The translations under genes were made by a program, and so were the position numbers. A stretch of DNA of 64,000 nt, taken from NCBI GenBank assembly GCA_963701015.1, contig OY969556.1, forward strand, positions 4,336,868 through 4,400,867. Reading direction: 5' to 3'. The DNA comes from an uncultured Bacteroidota bacterium (GTDB taxonomy: Bacteria; Bacteroidota; Bacteroidia; Bacteroidales; DTGW01). Positions 38,501 to 46,033 of the stretch are shown here, in pieces (the stretch's first letter is position 1; the number at the start of each line of letters is the position of its first letter). The notes below the pieces were generated by a model. The model did no database searches and was not told the origin of the DNA. It saw nothing but the letters and a program-made list of their open reading frames with translations.

Positions 38501-39534
38501 GCAGAACCTTTTTTCGGAGAAGTTATTTTAAATTGTGGGCTGTTTGCTAATGTAAAATTTTTACTAATCCCAATAACTGAAGGATCGTTAGCATTCACAA
38601 CCTTTAATAAACTTTTAGAGTTTACATTTGAAATTGTATTTGGCACAATCCAATAAAATGAGGAACTGTCTTTTACTGTCCTCACAAAATTCCATGATAA
38701 TCCATTATCTAAGCTATAAAAGAGTTTAACGGAATCAACTAAATTTTCATCTAATAATATATTAACAGTTGAGGTAATATCGAAGTAATCATTTTGAGAA
38801 GGATATTCAAAAGCCAGAAAGCTAAAATTACCAGTATAAAAAGTGAAATCAGCTGTTGTGGTAGAATCTCCAATGTTTTTAGCTTTTACATGCCAATTAT
38901 AAGTGTCATTTGGTGAAAGCCCCGATATTTGAAGAGAATCAACTGTCACCGTATCAGTATAAGTAATAGAATAATTCTGATCAGTATAACTTACAATATA
39001 ACTTGTAGCATTGGGTTGTGATGTCCATTTTAAGGTTGTTGCATTTGTAATTCCCTCTGTATATTGTGCCGGATATAACAATGTATCATTTTCTAAAGGT
39101 TTAAAACAACCAGTATTAGCCGACCAACCTCCATATGTGACGCTTCCATCACTTTGGAAAACTAAAGTTAGTGCCCCAGTTGCGTTAGTTGAAGTTATTA
39201 ATCCGGGATTATTTGTACCGCTATAAATACCAATTTCCCCAGCATTTACGCTATCTCCATCATAAATATAAAGAAAATCATAACTGTTTTCAACAGAAAA
39301 TTGTGTAAAATCAAAAGCTAATTTTGCACCAACAGTGGCCGGATAAAAAACTACAGTATCGTTTTCATTATCATTATAATTACCATTAATTCCACCTGAA
39401 TCAGTGAATGTGCCATTACAAATGGTATATTTTTTTGTGCCATTTGTGGCTTTGTAAATTTGAGCAACAATATTTGTATCTATAATTAAAGTTAAAAGTA
39501 AAATAGCAATCAGGGTAAATGCATTTCTTTTCAT
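32527..39534 (-). CDS. giant (2335 aa) multidomain T9SS-secreted adhesin-like protein
   Basis: Modules in order: a signal peptide; a CUB-like module (CNGTFTDSGG...YDFLYIYDG...GGWSANTGC, approx 39100-39430); FN3-like modules; Asp-box-like SxD/NxGxxW motifs; Ig-like modules flanking five 80-aa repeats; seven PKD modules with W.FGDG (approx 33055-34797); a HYR-like module (DNIKPVASC...DYSGNSDTCVATVTV); and a C-terminal sorting domain (LNVYPNPFEAKFEI...GAYILQLKT). Confidence 0.9.
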   Translation of the reverse strand: MKRNAFTLIAILLLTLIIDTNIVAQIYKATNGTKKYTICNGTFTDSGGINGNYNDNENDTVVFYPATVGAKLAFDFTQFSVENSYDFLYIYDGDSVNAGEIGIYSGTNNPGLITSTNATGALTLVFQSDGSVTYGGWSANTGCFKPLENDTLLYPAQYTEGITNATTLKWTSQPNATSYIVSYTDQNYSITYTDTVTVDSLQISGLSPNDTYNWHVKAKNIGDSTTTADFTFYTGNFSFLAFEYPSQNDYFDITSTVNILLDENLVDSVKLFYSLDNGLSWNFVRTVKDSSSFYWIVPNTISNVNSKSLLKVVNANDPSVIGISKNFTLANSPQFKITSPKKGSANGGGQSIAVSFYNQGLDFNQGMLYYSPNNGLSYTDSLDIVTTETTLNGLDTTDINFTLPFDSSYQCKFKYVYTNHNLEQIAYSDSLFAVIPLPGCITIDSPQVSETNIPKNYTFHWEPEIHSTNYQISLSDQFENNYPTNYSNTDSFQMKNLLPNYTYYLYINGENSAGFGNGECSNFTFSTADFPNLKIANLKASNTPLNPGDYISFTINANKTSGYYNYYYSSDSGQNWNSFTPIISYSEGTIYNWNIPKNNISQSTKYLLKIVDSNDSSIYGISNVFSIIVPPISIISPLKNQIFFAGDTIQIVVHNSGDTLYNLSIEFGGENETLSYLDQDNVTIPTGNSTYYLPVSNQLSTGGLDYIYFEYSTDSWNTYSDAYSDSIRIIGNNPNCYFFYPTKGEQIKYNSSFLIKWNSNDIDMAKLEYFDSIANSWKPIIDSLSVGASSSSTYYWNTPTGTTATYSYKLRLTNESDNNSTVFISDTFSMHSPVISILHPTGGEDYKTGDTIQVVYNVNQSPGSTLYLYSKLNNYWIQNQDTLSSSLGIHTITFQVDSSYSANNNCHFAISTSSYDTSSFDNAYSDYNKTPFTICNSFPAVPIVSNDSICGSGSVAIKATTKSGTINWFATTSSTIVLGTDSIYNTPVISTTTQYYAESKSGFCPSQRVSVSAIVNPNPVLNINNPSPICSPGTVNLTDTTIKAGSTSGLTYTYWNDTTASNSYAAPASAGNGKYFIKGTTSKGCFAIKPVTATVNPTPTLIITNPAAVCSPGTINLTDTTIKSGSTTGLIYTYWTDSATTSSYATPATAGNGKYFIKGTTAKGCFAIEPVIATINPTPTLIITNPAAVCSPGTINLTDTTIKAGSTNGLVYTYWTDTAITNSYTTPATAGNGKYFIKGTTAKGCLAIEPVIATINPTPALNITNPAAVCSPGTVNLTDTAIKSGSTTGLTYTYWTDTATTNSFATPASAGIGKYFVKGTTAKGCFAIEPVTATIDPTPNLVINSPAAVCSPTFVDLTAANVTSGSTAGLTYTYWTDTSATTSYANPSTASNGKYFVKGTTAKGCFAIEPVTATINSTPSILSTTSDSVCGSGSLTLKAKSDTGTINWYNTSTGGTLLSSGNTYNTSVISSSANYFVEAKSGNCSSARDTVKALVNPIPVFSLTANKLTIFAGDTAMLTISSGNATTYTWNNSLNTGTSKNVSPINTTQYVVTGSTVKNCSSSDTLLLTVKPLIPSIAANFNISSNTTLSKSFYFSGTRNTPITKWYWTFGDGSYSTTKDSISHIYTTSGLYNVCLNVFSGSSGLASDTCKSIIIGVPKCQLSAMFNVDTTNLINNLAKFTNLSSGSYKLSSWDFGDGNTSLVVNPKHLYSSAGYYLVKLSIKADSCIDEYDQLIKVGNPTCHADFSYVVDPVTLSVTFTNASNNAANYFWLFGDGNQSKLQNPSHTFTSPGTYTISLTTSNNNGSCYDNVVRTIQVGTVVCSAQFNWYIDSTSSTGYFASRALNNTTHFYWIFGDGKTSTNANPLHTFAAPGYYNVQLTVYDSIAKCMDNKQQRVLIGKLARDCSADFIYIADSTTKNVNFIDNSIGLINKRIWNFGDGSVPSVQKSPSHIYNTSGYFNVCLTVGNNFGIINQSCKKIEVAANAEVNCFSDFQYNINPISQNVNFVSTSQGIIKTYIWNFGDGDTLNIQNTSHLYKVPKLYLVSLQVKNSATGCNNKHYNLLNVNKKDTFAVSFGYDPKDVNSKADGYPVDFTGAGVGDHARLRWDFGDSTATDTTSTSPTHIYQYAGYYEVCLTDSDQITGKVAQGCEIISTTSLCTSDNIKPVASCKNVTITLNSSGRASIMPDTINNGSTDNCGLSTMIINNSSFTTANIGKNNVKLVVTDYSGNSDTCVATVTVQKGASLITENKVVDLNVYPNPFEAKFEITYQLLDNTGISIRIYDLVGKPVMNIFEGNLSSGQKSYILDATSLQSGAYILQLKTSNGYTYKQMIIKK
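35293..36492 (-). repeat. five in-frame tandem repeats of 240 bp (80 aa each) inside the giant gene
   Basis: Protein residues 1015-1414. The unit is NPTPTLIITNPAAVCSPGTINLTDTTIKxGSTxGLxYTYWTDxxxxxSYxTPAxAGNGKYFIKGTTAKGCFAIEPVxAT. One 59-nt block is identical between copies (35942-36000 = 36182-36240). Confidence 0.9.
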
Positions 39535-39934
39535 TGTTTTTAGGTTTTAAATAAAATTAACAATTAATGGGTATTAGAGTTTATTTTAAGCAAATTTAAT
39601 AAATTTAATAAGATGAAATAATTATTTTTTATCTAACATGAATATAAATGATCATTTACTTTATTATATTTCATACAGTTAATTTGGAACAATTATTAAT
39701 GTTGACAAAACATAGCAGGTTTATGCTTATTCATTTTTCAAGAACCACTAATTGCCTGACAATATGGGTTATAGTTAAATTAGTTAGGTTTACTTTTCAT
39801 TTTTAATGAATTTATTGACAAGCTCTAAATTGTCTGAAACATATAATGTATTAATTCCGGGTAATAAAATTTTGAAAATTATAGTTACCTTGTAATTTCT
39901 AAATTTATAGTTTTAAATAAATACAGAATAATGT

Positions 39935-42376
39935 ATGTTGAGCCCAATTGACATTAAAGTTGCTTTTATAGTTTTAGCATTAATAATTATACTCATATTT
40001 CTTTGGGCATATTTACTGCGCAGGCAAGTAAAAATTAAAACAAAGCAATTACACTATCAGTTACAAACTATACATCAACAAAACGACGAACTGAACAACT
40101 TCAAAACTAACCTTGAAAAAATGGTTTCTCAAAAATCTGGTGACCTTGAAAAGGTGGTAAAGGAATTTGAGAATAGCCAAATTATATTAAATAGTTTTAT
40201 TCATCAATCTATTGAAGGTATTACAATAACCGATGAAAATGGAAAAATAATTATATGGAATGAACGGATTTCGGAAATTACAGGAATTCCCAGAGAAGAA
40301 GCTTTAACCAAATACAATTGGGAAATAGAGTTCGAACTTAATAAAAATATGCAAATTAGTTTGAGTATTGATGAAATTAAAAAACGTATAAATAAATATT
40401 ATCAGCATCTTCAGGAAAATTCAATATCATTGAACACAGGTCAGATTAAAACAAGAAAAGATGAATTAAAATATATTGAAAGTGTAGTATTCTTAATTAA
40501 AACAAACAATCAAAAATTTTATGGACAAATATTAAAAGATATAACTGATAAGAAAAAAATTGAAGCTGAACTTGAACAATACCAGGTAAAATTAGAAAGA
40601 TTATTAGCGAGCCAGACTGAAAAAAGCCTTGTATTAAGCCAGCATTTGAGTTATGTATTTGAAAATGCTTCTGACTATATAGCTATTTTTGAGATTTCAA
40701 ATAATAAAATAATTTTAGCTAATTGCAATGCCAATTGGGCAAGATCATTAGGATCAACAATTACTGAATTAATTGGCAAACCGGTTGAGAAGATATTTAA
40801 CAGCAACTCAATCGCCAAAATATTTGTAATTGATTCTTTTAATAAAAAACAAACCTCCTTTTTAGAAAGTATTGAATTTATTGAAAACAATGAAATAAAA
40901 TATTTAGATATAACAGCTATACCAATTTCCGAATTATCCGATCAGGTGGCTTTATTTGCGCGTGATGTAACAAATAGGAAACTTGCATATAACCAGTTGC
41001 AGGAATCGGAAAATAAATTCTCAAATATTTTTAATAATAGTTTAGATATAATAACACTGATTGATTATGAAACAAAGAAATATATTGATGTTAATAATGC
41101 CTATTTTAGTGCCATAGGTTTTAGTAAAGATGAAATTATAGGGAAGACTAGGGAAGAATTAAACATGTGGCACAATTTAAATGAAATGAACCAATATTAT
41201 AAATTATTAAAGCAATATAACAGGGTTCAAAATTTTGAATTGCAATGGATGGCTCAGAAAATCCCCAAACACTTTCTGGTTTCGACCGAAGTTATAATGC
41301 TAAATTCACGTAAAGCTTTACTTACCACAAGCAGGGATATAGACGATTTTAAGAAGGTTTCAATTGCTTTGCAGGAAAGTGAAGAAAAATTCCGAAATAT
41401 ATTCAATTCAAGTGCCGATGTAATTATAATATTAGATTTTAATAAGCGAATAATTGATACCAATGTTACTTTTTACGAACCGCTTGGATATACACGAGAT
41501 GAAGCAATAAATGCTAACAGTTATCTCGATTTTGTGAAACCTGATTATCTTAACATATTAAATGAAAGATTTGAATTGCTGAAAAAGGGAATTGAAGTTC
41601 CAATATTGGAAGTTGAAATAGTATCTAAATCGGGGGCTTGTTATTATTTCGAATTGAAAAGTAAAATAATTAGTTATGGGAATGATAAAGTTGTATTGGT
41701 TTTAGCAAGAGATATAGCTGAAAGGAAAAAAATGGAACAGAAAATTCTGGTTGCCACTATTGAGGCTGAAGAGCGTGAACGACGTAAATTAGCTGCTGAT
41801 TTGCACGATGAAGTTGGTCCATTGTTATCGAGCATGAATATGAATTTGTCATTACTGGCGCGAAAGCAAAAGGAAAATGAAAACAAAGAAATGATAGATG
41901 AAATAACATTTATTTTAAAAAATACAATTGGAACTGTACGTGAAATTTCACATAACATAAGTCCGCAGGTTTTATCAACTTACGGGCTTGCTTCAGCCAT
42001 TAATGCTTTTATTGCTGATAAAAAGAAATTAATTGCCATAAACTTTGAAAATAGTATAGGGAATAAACGTTTTATGGAAGTGAAGGAGTTAATGTTATAT
42101 AGAATTGTAAAAGAATTAGTAAATAACACTCTGAAATATGCCAACGCTTCCGAAATAAATATGAAGCTCGATATTCTGGCCAATAATAATGTTCAATTTA
42201 GTTTTCGTGATAATGGCCGTGGATTTAATACTTCTGAACTATCTTTGAAACCTAATAAGGGTCTTGGCCTATTAAATATAATAAACCGCGTAAATACCAT
42301 TGGAGGACGGTATGATTTGAATTCAGCACCAGGCAAGGGATTTCAAATTGAAGTAACTTTTAAAATTGAAAACTAG
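39935..42376 (+). CDS. membrane-anchored multi-PAS sensor histidine kinase (HisKA_3/NarL-type)
   Basis: One N-terminal TM, a coiled coil and about four PAS-like modules (two are preceded by LQESE(N/E)KF.NIFN). H-box LAADLHDEVGPLLSS. ATPase motifs ELVNNTLKYA, DNGRGF and GLGLLNI. Confidence 0.9.
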   Translation: MLSPIDIKVAFIVLALIIILIFLWAYLLRRQVKIKTKQLHYQLQTIHQQNDELNNFKTNLEKMVSQKSGDLEKVVKEFENSQIILNSFIHQSIEGITITDENGKIIIWNERISEITGIPREEALTKYNWEIEFELNKNMQISLSIDEIKKRINKYYQHLQENSISLNTGQIKTRKDELKYIESVVFLIKTNNQKFYGQILKDITDKKKIEAELEQYQVKLERLLASQTEKSLVLSQHLSYVFENASDYIAIFEISNNKIILANCNANWARSLGSTITELIGKPVEKIFNSNSIAKIFVIDSFNKKQTSFLESIEFIENNEIKYLDITAIPISELSDQVALFARDVTNRKLAYNQLQESENKFSNIFNNSLDIITLIDYETKKYIDVNNAYFSAIGFSKDEIIGKTREELNMWHNLNEMNQYYKLLKQYNRVQNFELQWMAQKIPKHFLVSTEVIMLNSRKALLTTSRDIDDFKKVSIALQESEEKFRNIFNSSADVIIILDFNKRIIDTNVTFYEPLGYTRDEAINANSYLDFVKPDYLNILNERFELLKKGIEVPILEVEIVSKSGACYYFELKSKIISYGNDKVVLVLARDIAERKKMEQKILVATIEAEERERRKLAADLHDEVGPLLSSMNMNLSLLARKQKENENKEMIDEITFILKNTIGTVREISHNISPQVLSTYGLASAINAFIADKKKLIAINFENSIGNKRFMEVKELMLYRIVKELVNNTLKYANASEINMKLDILANNNVQFSFRDNGRGFNTSELSLKPNKGLGLLNIINRVNTIGGRYDLNSAPGKGFQIEVTFKIEN

Positions 42377-42377
42377 A

Positions 42378-43007
42378 ATGTCGAAAATAAAAATAGCAAT
42401 AGTTGATGACCATAAAATTCTACGCGAAGGTTTAAAACGCATTCTTATTGATATGGGCAATTTAGATGTTGTTATTGAAGCTTCGAACGGTGATGAATTT
42501 ATTAGACAACTGGAATATATTCAACCCGATTTAGCTATTGTTGATATTAATATGCCTGTTATGAATGGCAGTGAAACTGTGAAAATTGCAAAACAAAAGT
42601 TTCCCAATATTAAAATTATTATCCTTTCAATGCATAGTAGCGAGGACTATTATAATACTTTTAATGAGTTAGGCGTTGATGGATATTTATTAAAGGAATC
42701 GGATTATGAAGAATTATCACGTGCAATTAAAGCTGTTATTGCAGGTGGTAAATTTTATTCCCAGGAATTGTTAATGGGTTTACTTACTCACCGTAATCCA
42801 GAATCGAATATTAATTTAACAAAGCGCGAAAAAGAAATTCTCAAATTATTATGTTCCGGACTTTCAACACAGGAAATTGCCGATAAACTATTTTTAAGCA
42901 TGCGAACAGTTGAAAAATACAGGTCCGACATGCTTATAAAAACGGGTGTTGCAAATTCTATTAGTTTAGTTTTATACGCAATTAAAAATGGATTAGTAGA
43001 ATTATAA
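42378..43007 (+). CDS. LuxR/NarL family response regulator
   Basis: REC domain (IAIVDDH..., DLAIVDINMPVMNG) plus a LuxR HTH (LTKREKEILKLLCSGLSTQEIADKLFLSMRTVEKYR). The ATG lies 2 nt after the kinase stop. Confidence 0.9.
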   Translation: MSKIKIAIVDDHKILREGLKRILIDMGNLDVVIEASNGDEFIRQLEYIQPDLAIVDINMPVMNGSETVKIAKQKFPNIKIIILSMHSSEDYYNTFNELGVDGYLLKESDYEELSRAIKAVIAGGKFYSQELLMGLLTHRNPESNINLTKREKEILKLLCSGLSTQEIADKLFLSMRTVEKYRSDMLIKTGVANSISLVLYAIKNGLVEL

Positions 43008-43141
43008 TATCGTATTTGTACTATATTTTTAATTGAAAAACTACTAGGCTATTGTTCGGTATTCCCTTAGAAAACTAAGTGCTAATTATATATTTTTGAG
43101 CAAACTGTTGATTTACATTTGCAACGATATATTAATTGACA

Positions 43142-43525
43142 ATGGAATTACTTCGCGAGAAATATAATATTTTAATTGTTGACGACAGTCAGGTCTTTAT
43201 TAATTCATTTATTAGGCTTATACGTGATGCTGTTAGCGATTGTATTGAAAATATTTCATATGCAAATTCAGGTGAAGAAGGCTTATTGAAACTAAATGAA
43301 GAAATATACGATTTCGTTTTCGTTGATATTGATATGCCTGGCATTGATGGATTGAACATGACAAAACTGTTTAATATGGATAATTACCGCCAAAAAACAA
43401 AAGTTATAGCGGTTTCATTTCACAACGAATTTGAATACTTAAAGCAAATGCTAGAAGCCGGAGCTTCAAAATATTTGGTCAAAGATCAAATAGATTACGA
43501 TAGCATTATAAAAATATTCAAATAA
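43142..43525 (+). CDS. stand-alone response regulator receiver (REC-only) protein
   Basis: ILIVDDSQ and FVFVDIDMPGIDG motifs, ~127 aa, no output domain. Confidence 0.8.
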   Translation: MELLREKYNILIVDDSQVFINSFIRLIRDAVSDCIENISYANSGEEGLLKLNEEIYDFVFVDIDMPGIDGLNMTKLFNMDNYRQKTKVIAVSFHNEFEYLKQMLEAGASKYLVKDQIDYDSIIKIFK

Positions 43526-43649
43526 ATTCCCCTTACTTTTTTACATATAATACTCAAATTGCATATAAGCCAGAATGCCTGTGTAGAAAAGGTGCTAATA
43601 TTCACAATTTTATTCTAATTATATACTTATATTGTTATAATGATTCAAT

Positions 43650-43681
43650 ATATTCTTATTAAAATTATTTAATAAGAATAT
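43650..43681. terminator. AT-rich hairpin between convergent REC and GH53 genes
   Basis: 14-nt arms atattcttattaaa / tttaataagaatat with a 4-nt loop. There is only one G:C pair, so stability is weak. Confidence 0.35.
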
Positions 43682-43703
43682 GCAAATAATTAATTGCCGC
43701 AAA

Positions 43704-44987
43704 TTACCTTACAACCAATGTTTTTACTACCTTTTGATAGGCATTGTCAATTTGAACAAAATATACTCCGGAATTTAAATTTAGATTACTAAATTTTTCA
43801 TTATTATTAATATTTCTTTCAAAAAGGACATTTCCATTAATATTTAATATTTTAATAGCTGATTTACCATAAACACCACTTAAACTAAGAGATTGCAAAT
43901 TGCTATCCAATGGATTTGGATAAATGTTTAAATCTGATATTTTTCTACTTGGTATAATTGATGTTGAATCGGTATGCTTTATACCTAAAAATGCGTCCAT
44001 TGCCAAAGATGGCCTGCCATTTGCATTCCATGCTCCTAAATTATATCCCTGCCAGTTATAACATTCAGGTTCCCAATAAAAAACACCAAGGCCATTAACC
44101 GATTTTGTTTTGGCAATTAAGTCTAAAAGGAAATTATTTGCTGCAATTGCTTGATTATATATATATCCTGTTTCAACTATCATTACTTTTTTATTGTATC
44201 TTGCAATCATGTCTTTCATATTAGCAAGACATTTATTATCATCAGTTGCCCAGGGCAAATTTGCCCAATAGGGATATTGCGACATCCCAATAATATCCCA
44301 TTTTGCACCGTTCTTTTTTAAACCATCGAACATCCAACGAAACATACTATTGTCGTAACCATTGGAAAGATGAACAATTACCAAAATTGAACTATCAATT
44401 GCCTTTACAGCATTATATCCATTAAGTATCATATTTGCAAAATAATTCATATGATTAGATGCATTACCATCAGGCCATAACATTCCATTATTGGTTTCGT
44501 TACCTATTTGTACCCATTTTGGTATTATACCAATTTGCTTTAATGTGTCCAACACATTATAAGTATGATTATATATATCTGTATATAGTTTTGAAATGGA
44601 ATCGGTTGCCCACGCTGCTGGTTTTGTTTGATGACTTGGATCGGCCCATGTATCACTATAATGAAAATCTATTAATATTTTGAAACCCATGCTATCTGCA
44701 CGATGTGCCATAGTAGCCACATCTTTTTTACTGCACCATTTTGATGTAGGATTTACCCATACTCTGAATCTTAAAGCATTTATTCCTTTTTCTTTTAATA
44801 TTTGCATACAGTTTTCCTGTACCCCGGAATCGTTATAAAACTTATATCCTGAAGCTTCCATTTGTGATAACCAACCAATATCGGCACCGTTAGCAAATTC
44901 AGTTGAATCAGTTTGACAAAATCCATAAATAGAAACAGTAGATATAATTGCCAGCAAATAATACTTTAAGACATTCTTATTTTTCAT
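43704..44987 (-). CDS. arabinogalactan endo-beta-1,4-galactanase (GH53) with T9SS C-terminal sorting domain
   Basis: GH53 hallmarks GADIGWLSQME, FRVWVNP, DFHYSDTWADP, WVQIGNETNNG (acid/base Glu) and VMIVETGY (nucleophile Glu). The C-terminus LNIYPNPLDS...GVYFVQID fits the CTD. Confidence 0.9.
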   Translation of the reverse strand: MKNKNVLKYYLLAIISTVSIYGFCQTDSTEFANGADIGWLSQMEASGYKFYNDSGVQENCMQILKEKGINALRFRVWVNPTSKWCSKKDVATMAHRADSMGFKILIDFHYSDTWADPSHQTKPAAWATDSISKLYTDIYNHTYNVLDTLKQIGIIPKWVQIGNETNNGMLWPDGNASNHMNYFANMILNGYNAVKAIDSSILVIVHLSNGYDNSMFRWMFDGLKKNGAKWDIIGMSQYPYWANLPWATDDNKCLANMKDMIARYNKKVMIVETGYIYNQAIAANNFLLDLIAKTKSVNGLGVFYWEPECYNWQGYNLGAWNANGRPSLAMDAFLGIKHTDSTSIIPSRKISDLNIYPNPLDSNLQSLSLSGVYGKSAIKILNINGNVLFERNINNNEKFSNLNLNSGVYFVQIDNAYQKVVKTLVVR

Positions 44988-45160
44988 ATTTTTATATATT
45001 ATGATTATTTCATTTAAATTTCAAATATACATTGTCATTTAAAATTTAATACAAATTGAAGAAATTACATATATCTTTTTAAATATAGAAATATTTATTT
45101 GTGAAATTATCTATAAAAACTGTAACCTGATTTTTATTTATAAGGCTTCAGCATTGTTTT

Positions 45161-45204
45161 AAAAAAATGACATTCCCGATATTTGAATTTTCAGGAATGT
45201 CATT
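45161..45204 (-). terminator. intrinsic terminator after the 257-aa PUL gene
   Basis: 11-bp stem aatgacattcc (45166-45176) / ggaatgtcatt (45194-45204). On the minus strand it is followed by a T-run (the A-run at 45161-45167 on the plus strand). Confidence 0.75.
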
Positions 45205-45213
45205 GTAATTTAA

Positions 45214-45987
45214 TTAGCGTTTAATCAATTTCGAATTGATAGTTTTACCATTCGTTCCTTCAATTTGGATTAAATATATTCCGTTTGATATGGTACAAAT
45301 ATCAATACTTGATTGGCCATTAACCTTAAGCTGTTTTACAATTTGTCCGGTAATATCAACTATTTTGATATTACTAACTTGCGCAGCATTTTTAAGATTA
45401 ATTATATTATCAGCTGGATTTGGGAAAAAGCTTAATTCATTTTTATTAGATACTTGGTTAATTCCTGTATATACAGATGGATTACCATTATCTAAAGCAG
45501 GACATTCTCCCCAAAAATATGCAAGGCTCATATCAGTTGTGCCAAATTTAATAGCCCTGTTAACACCCCAGGCAATGTTGCATGGTGCGCCTACAGTTTC
45601 ACCTAAGTCCCAACTTCCGGCAAGTGAAAAGTACCAAAAAGCTGAATCGTGTGCCATTTCAGAATTTCCTTGTGTACTTGCCGACGAATCTACCAATGAT
45701 CCCGGTTTGTAATGGAAAGTAATTTTATACCAAATTGTATCGCCTCTTAATTTTCCGACGGAATCTAAAGGCATATGCCACCAAAAATCACTGGTACCAT
45801 GTTTAATAGGTGCTGTAAAATCACCAGTAACCCAAACTCCTCCTGCAGAAGCATTGTATAATGAATCGTTGATCCCACACCACAGTGTAACTGCAATAGA
45901 ATCAGCTTGTGTTGCGGCTTTGGTTGTTTTAGTTGTAAACCCTATTACAATAATAAACAACATTAAATACAAGTAGCTCTTTTTCAT
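45214..45987 (-). CDS. uncharacterized secreted protein with T9SS C-terminal sorting domain (possible carbohydrate-binding module)
   Basis: A signal peptide, then a ~170-aa Trp/aromatic-rich domain (VTLWCGIND...VWVTGDFT...FWWHMPL...IWYKITFHYKPG) with no family I can name. The C-terminus FFPNPADNIINL...GIYLIQIEG fits the CTD. Confidence 0.6.
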   Translation of the reverse strand: MKKSYLYLMLFIIVIGFTTKTTKAATQADSIAVTLWCGINDSLYNASAGGVWVTGDFTAPIKHGTSDFWWHMPLDSVGKLRGDTIWYKITFHYKPGSLVDSSASTQGNSEMAHDSAFWYFSLAGSWDLGETVGAPCNIAWGVNRAIKFGTTDMSLAYFWGECPALDNGNPSVYTGINQVSNKNELSFFPNPADNIINLKNAAQVSNIKIVDITGQIVKQLKVNGQSSIDICTISNGIYLIQIEGTNGKTINSKLIKR

Positions 45988-46033
45988 AATTTTAAAATTT
46001 AGTTAATAAATAGAATATTTAATTTGTGAACAT

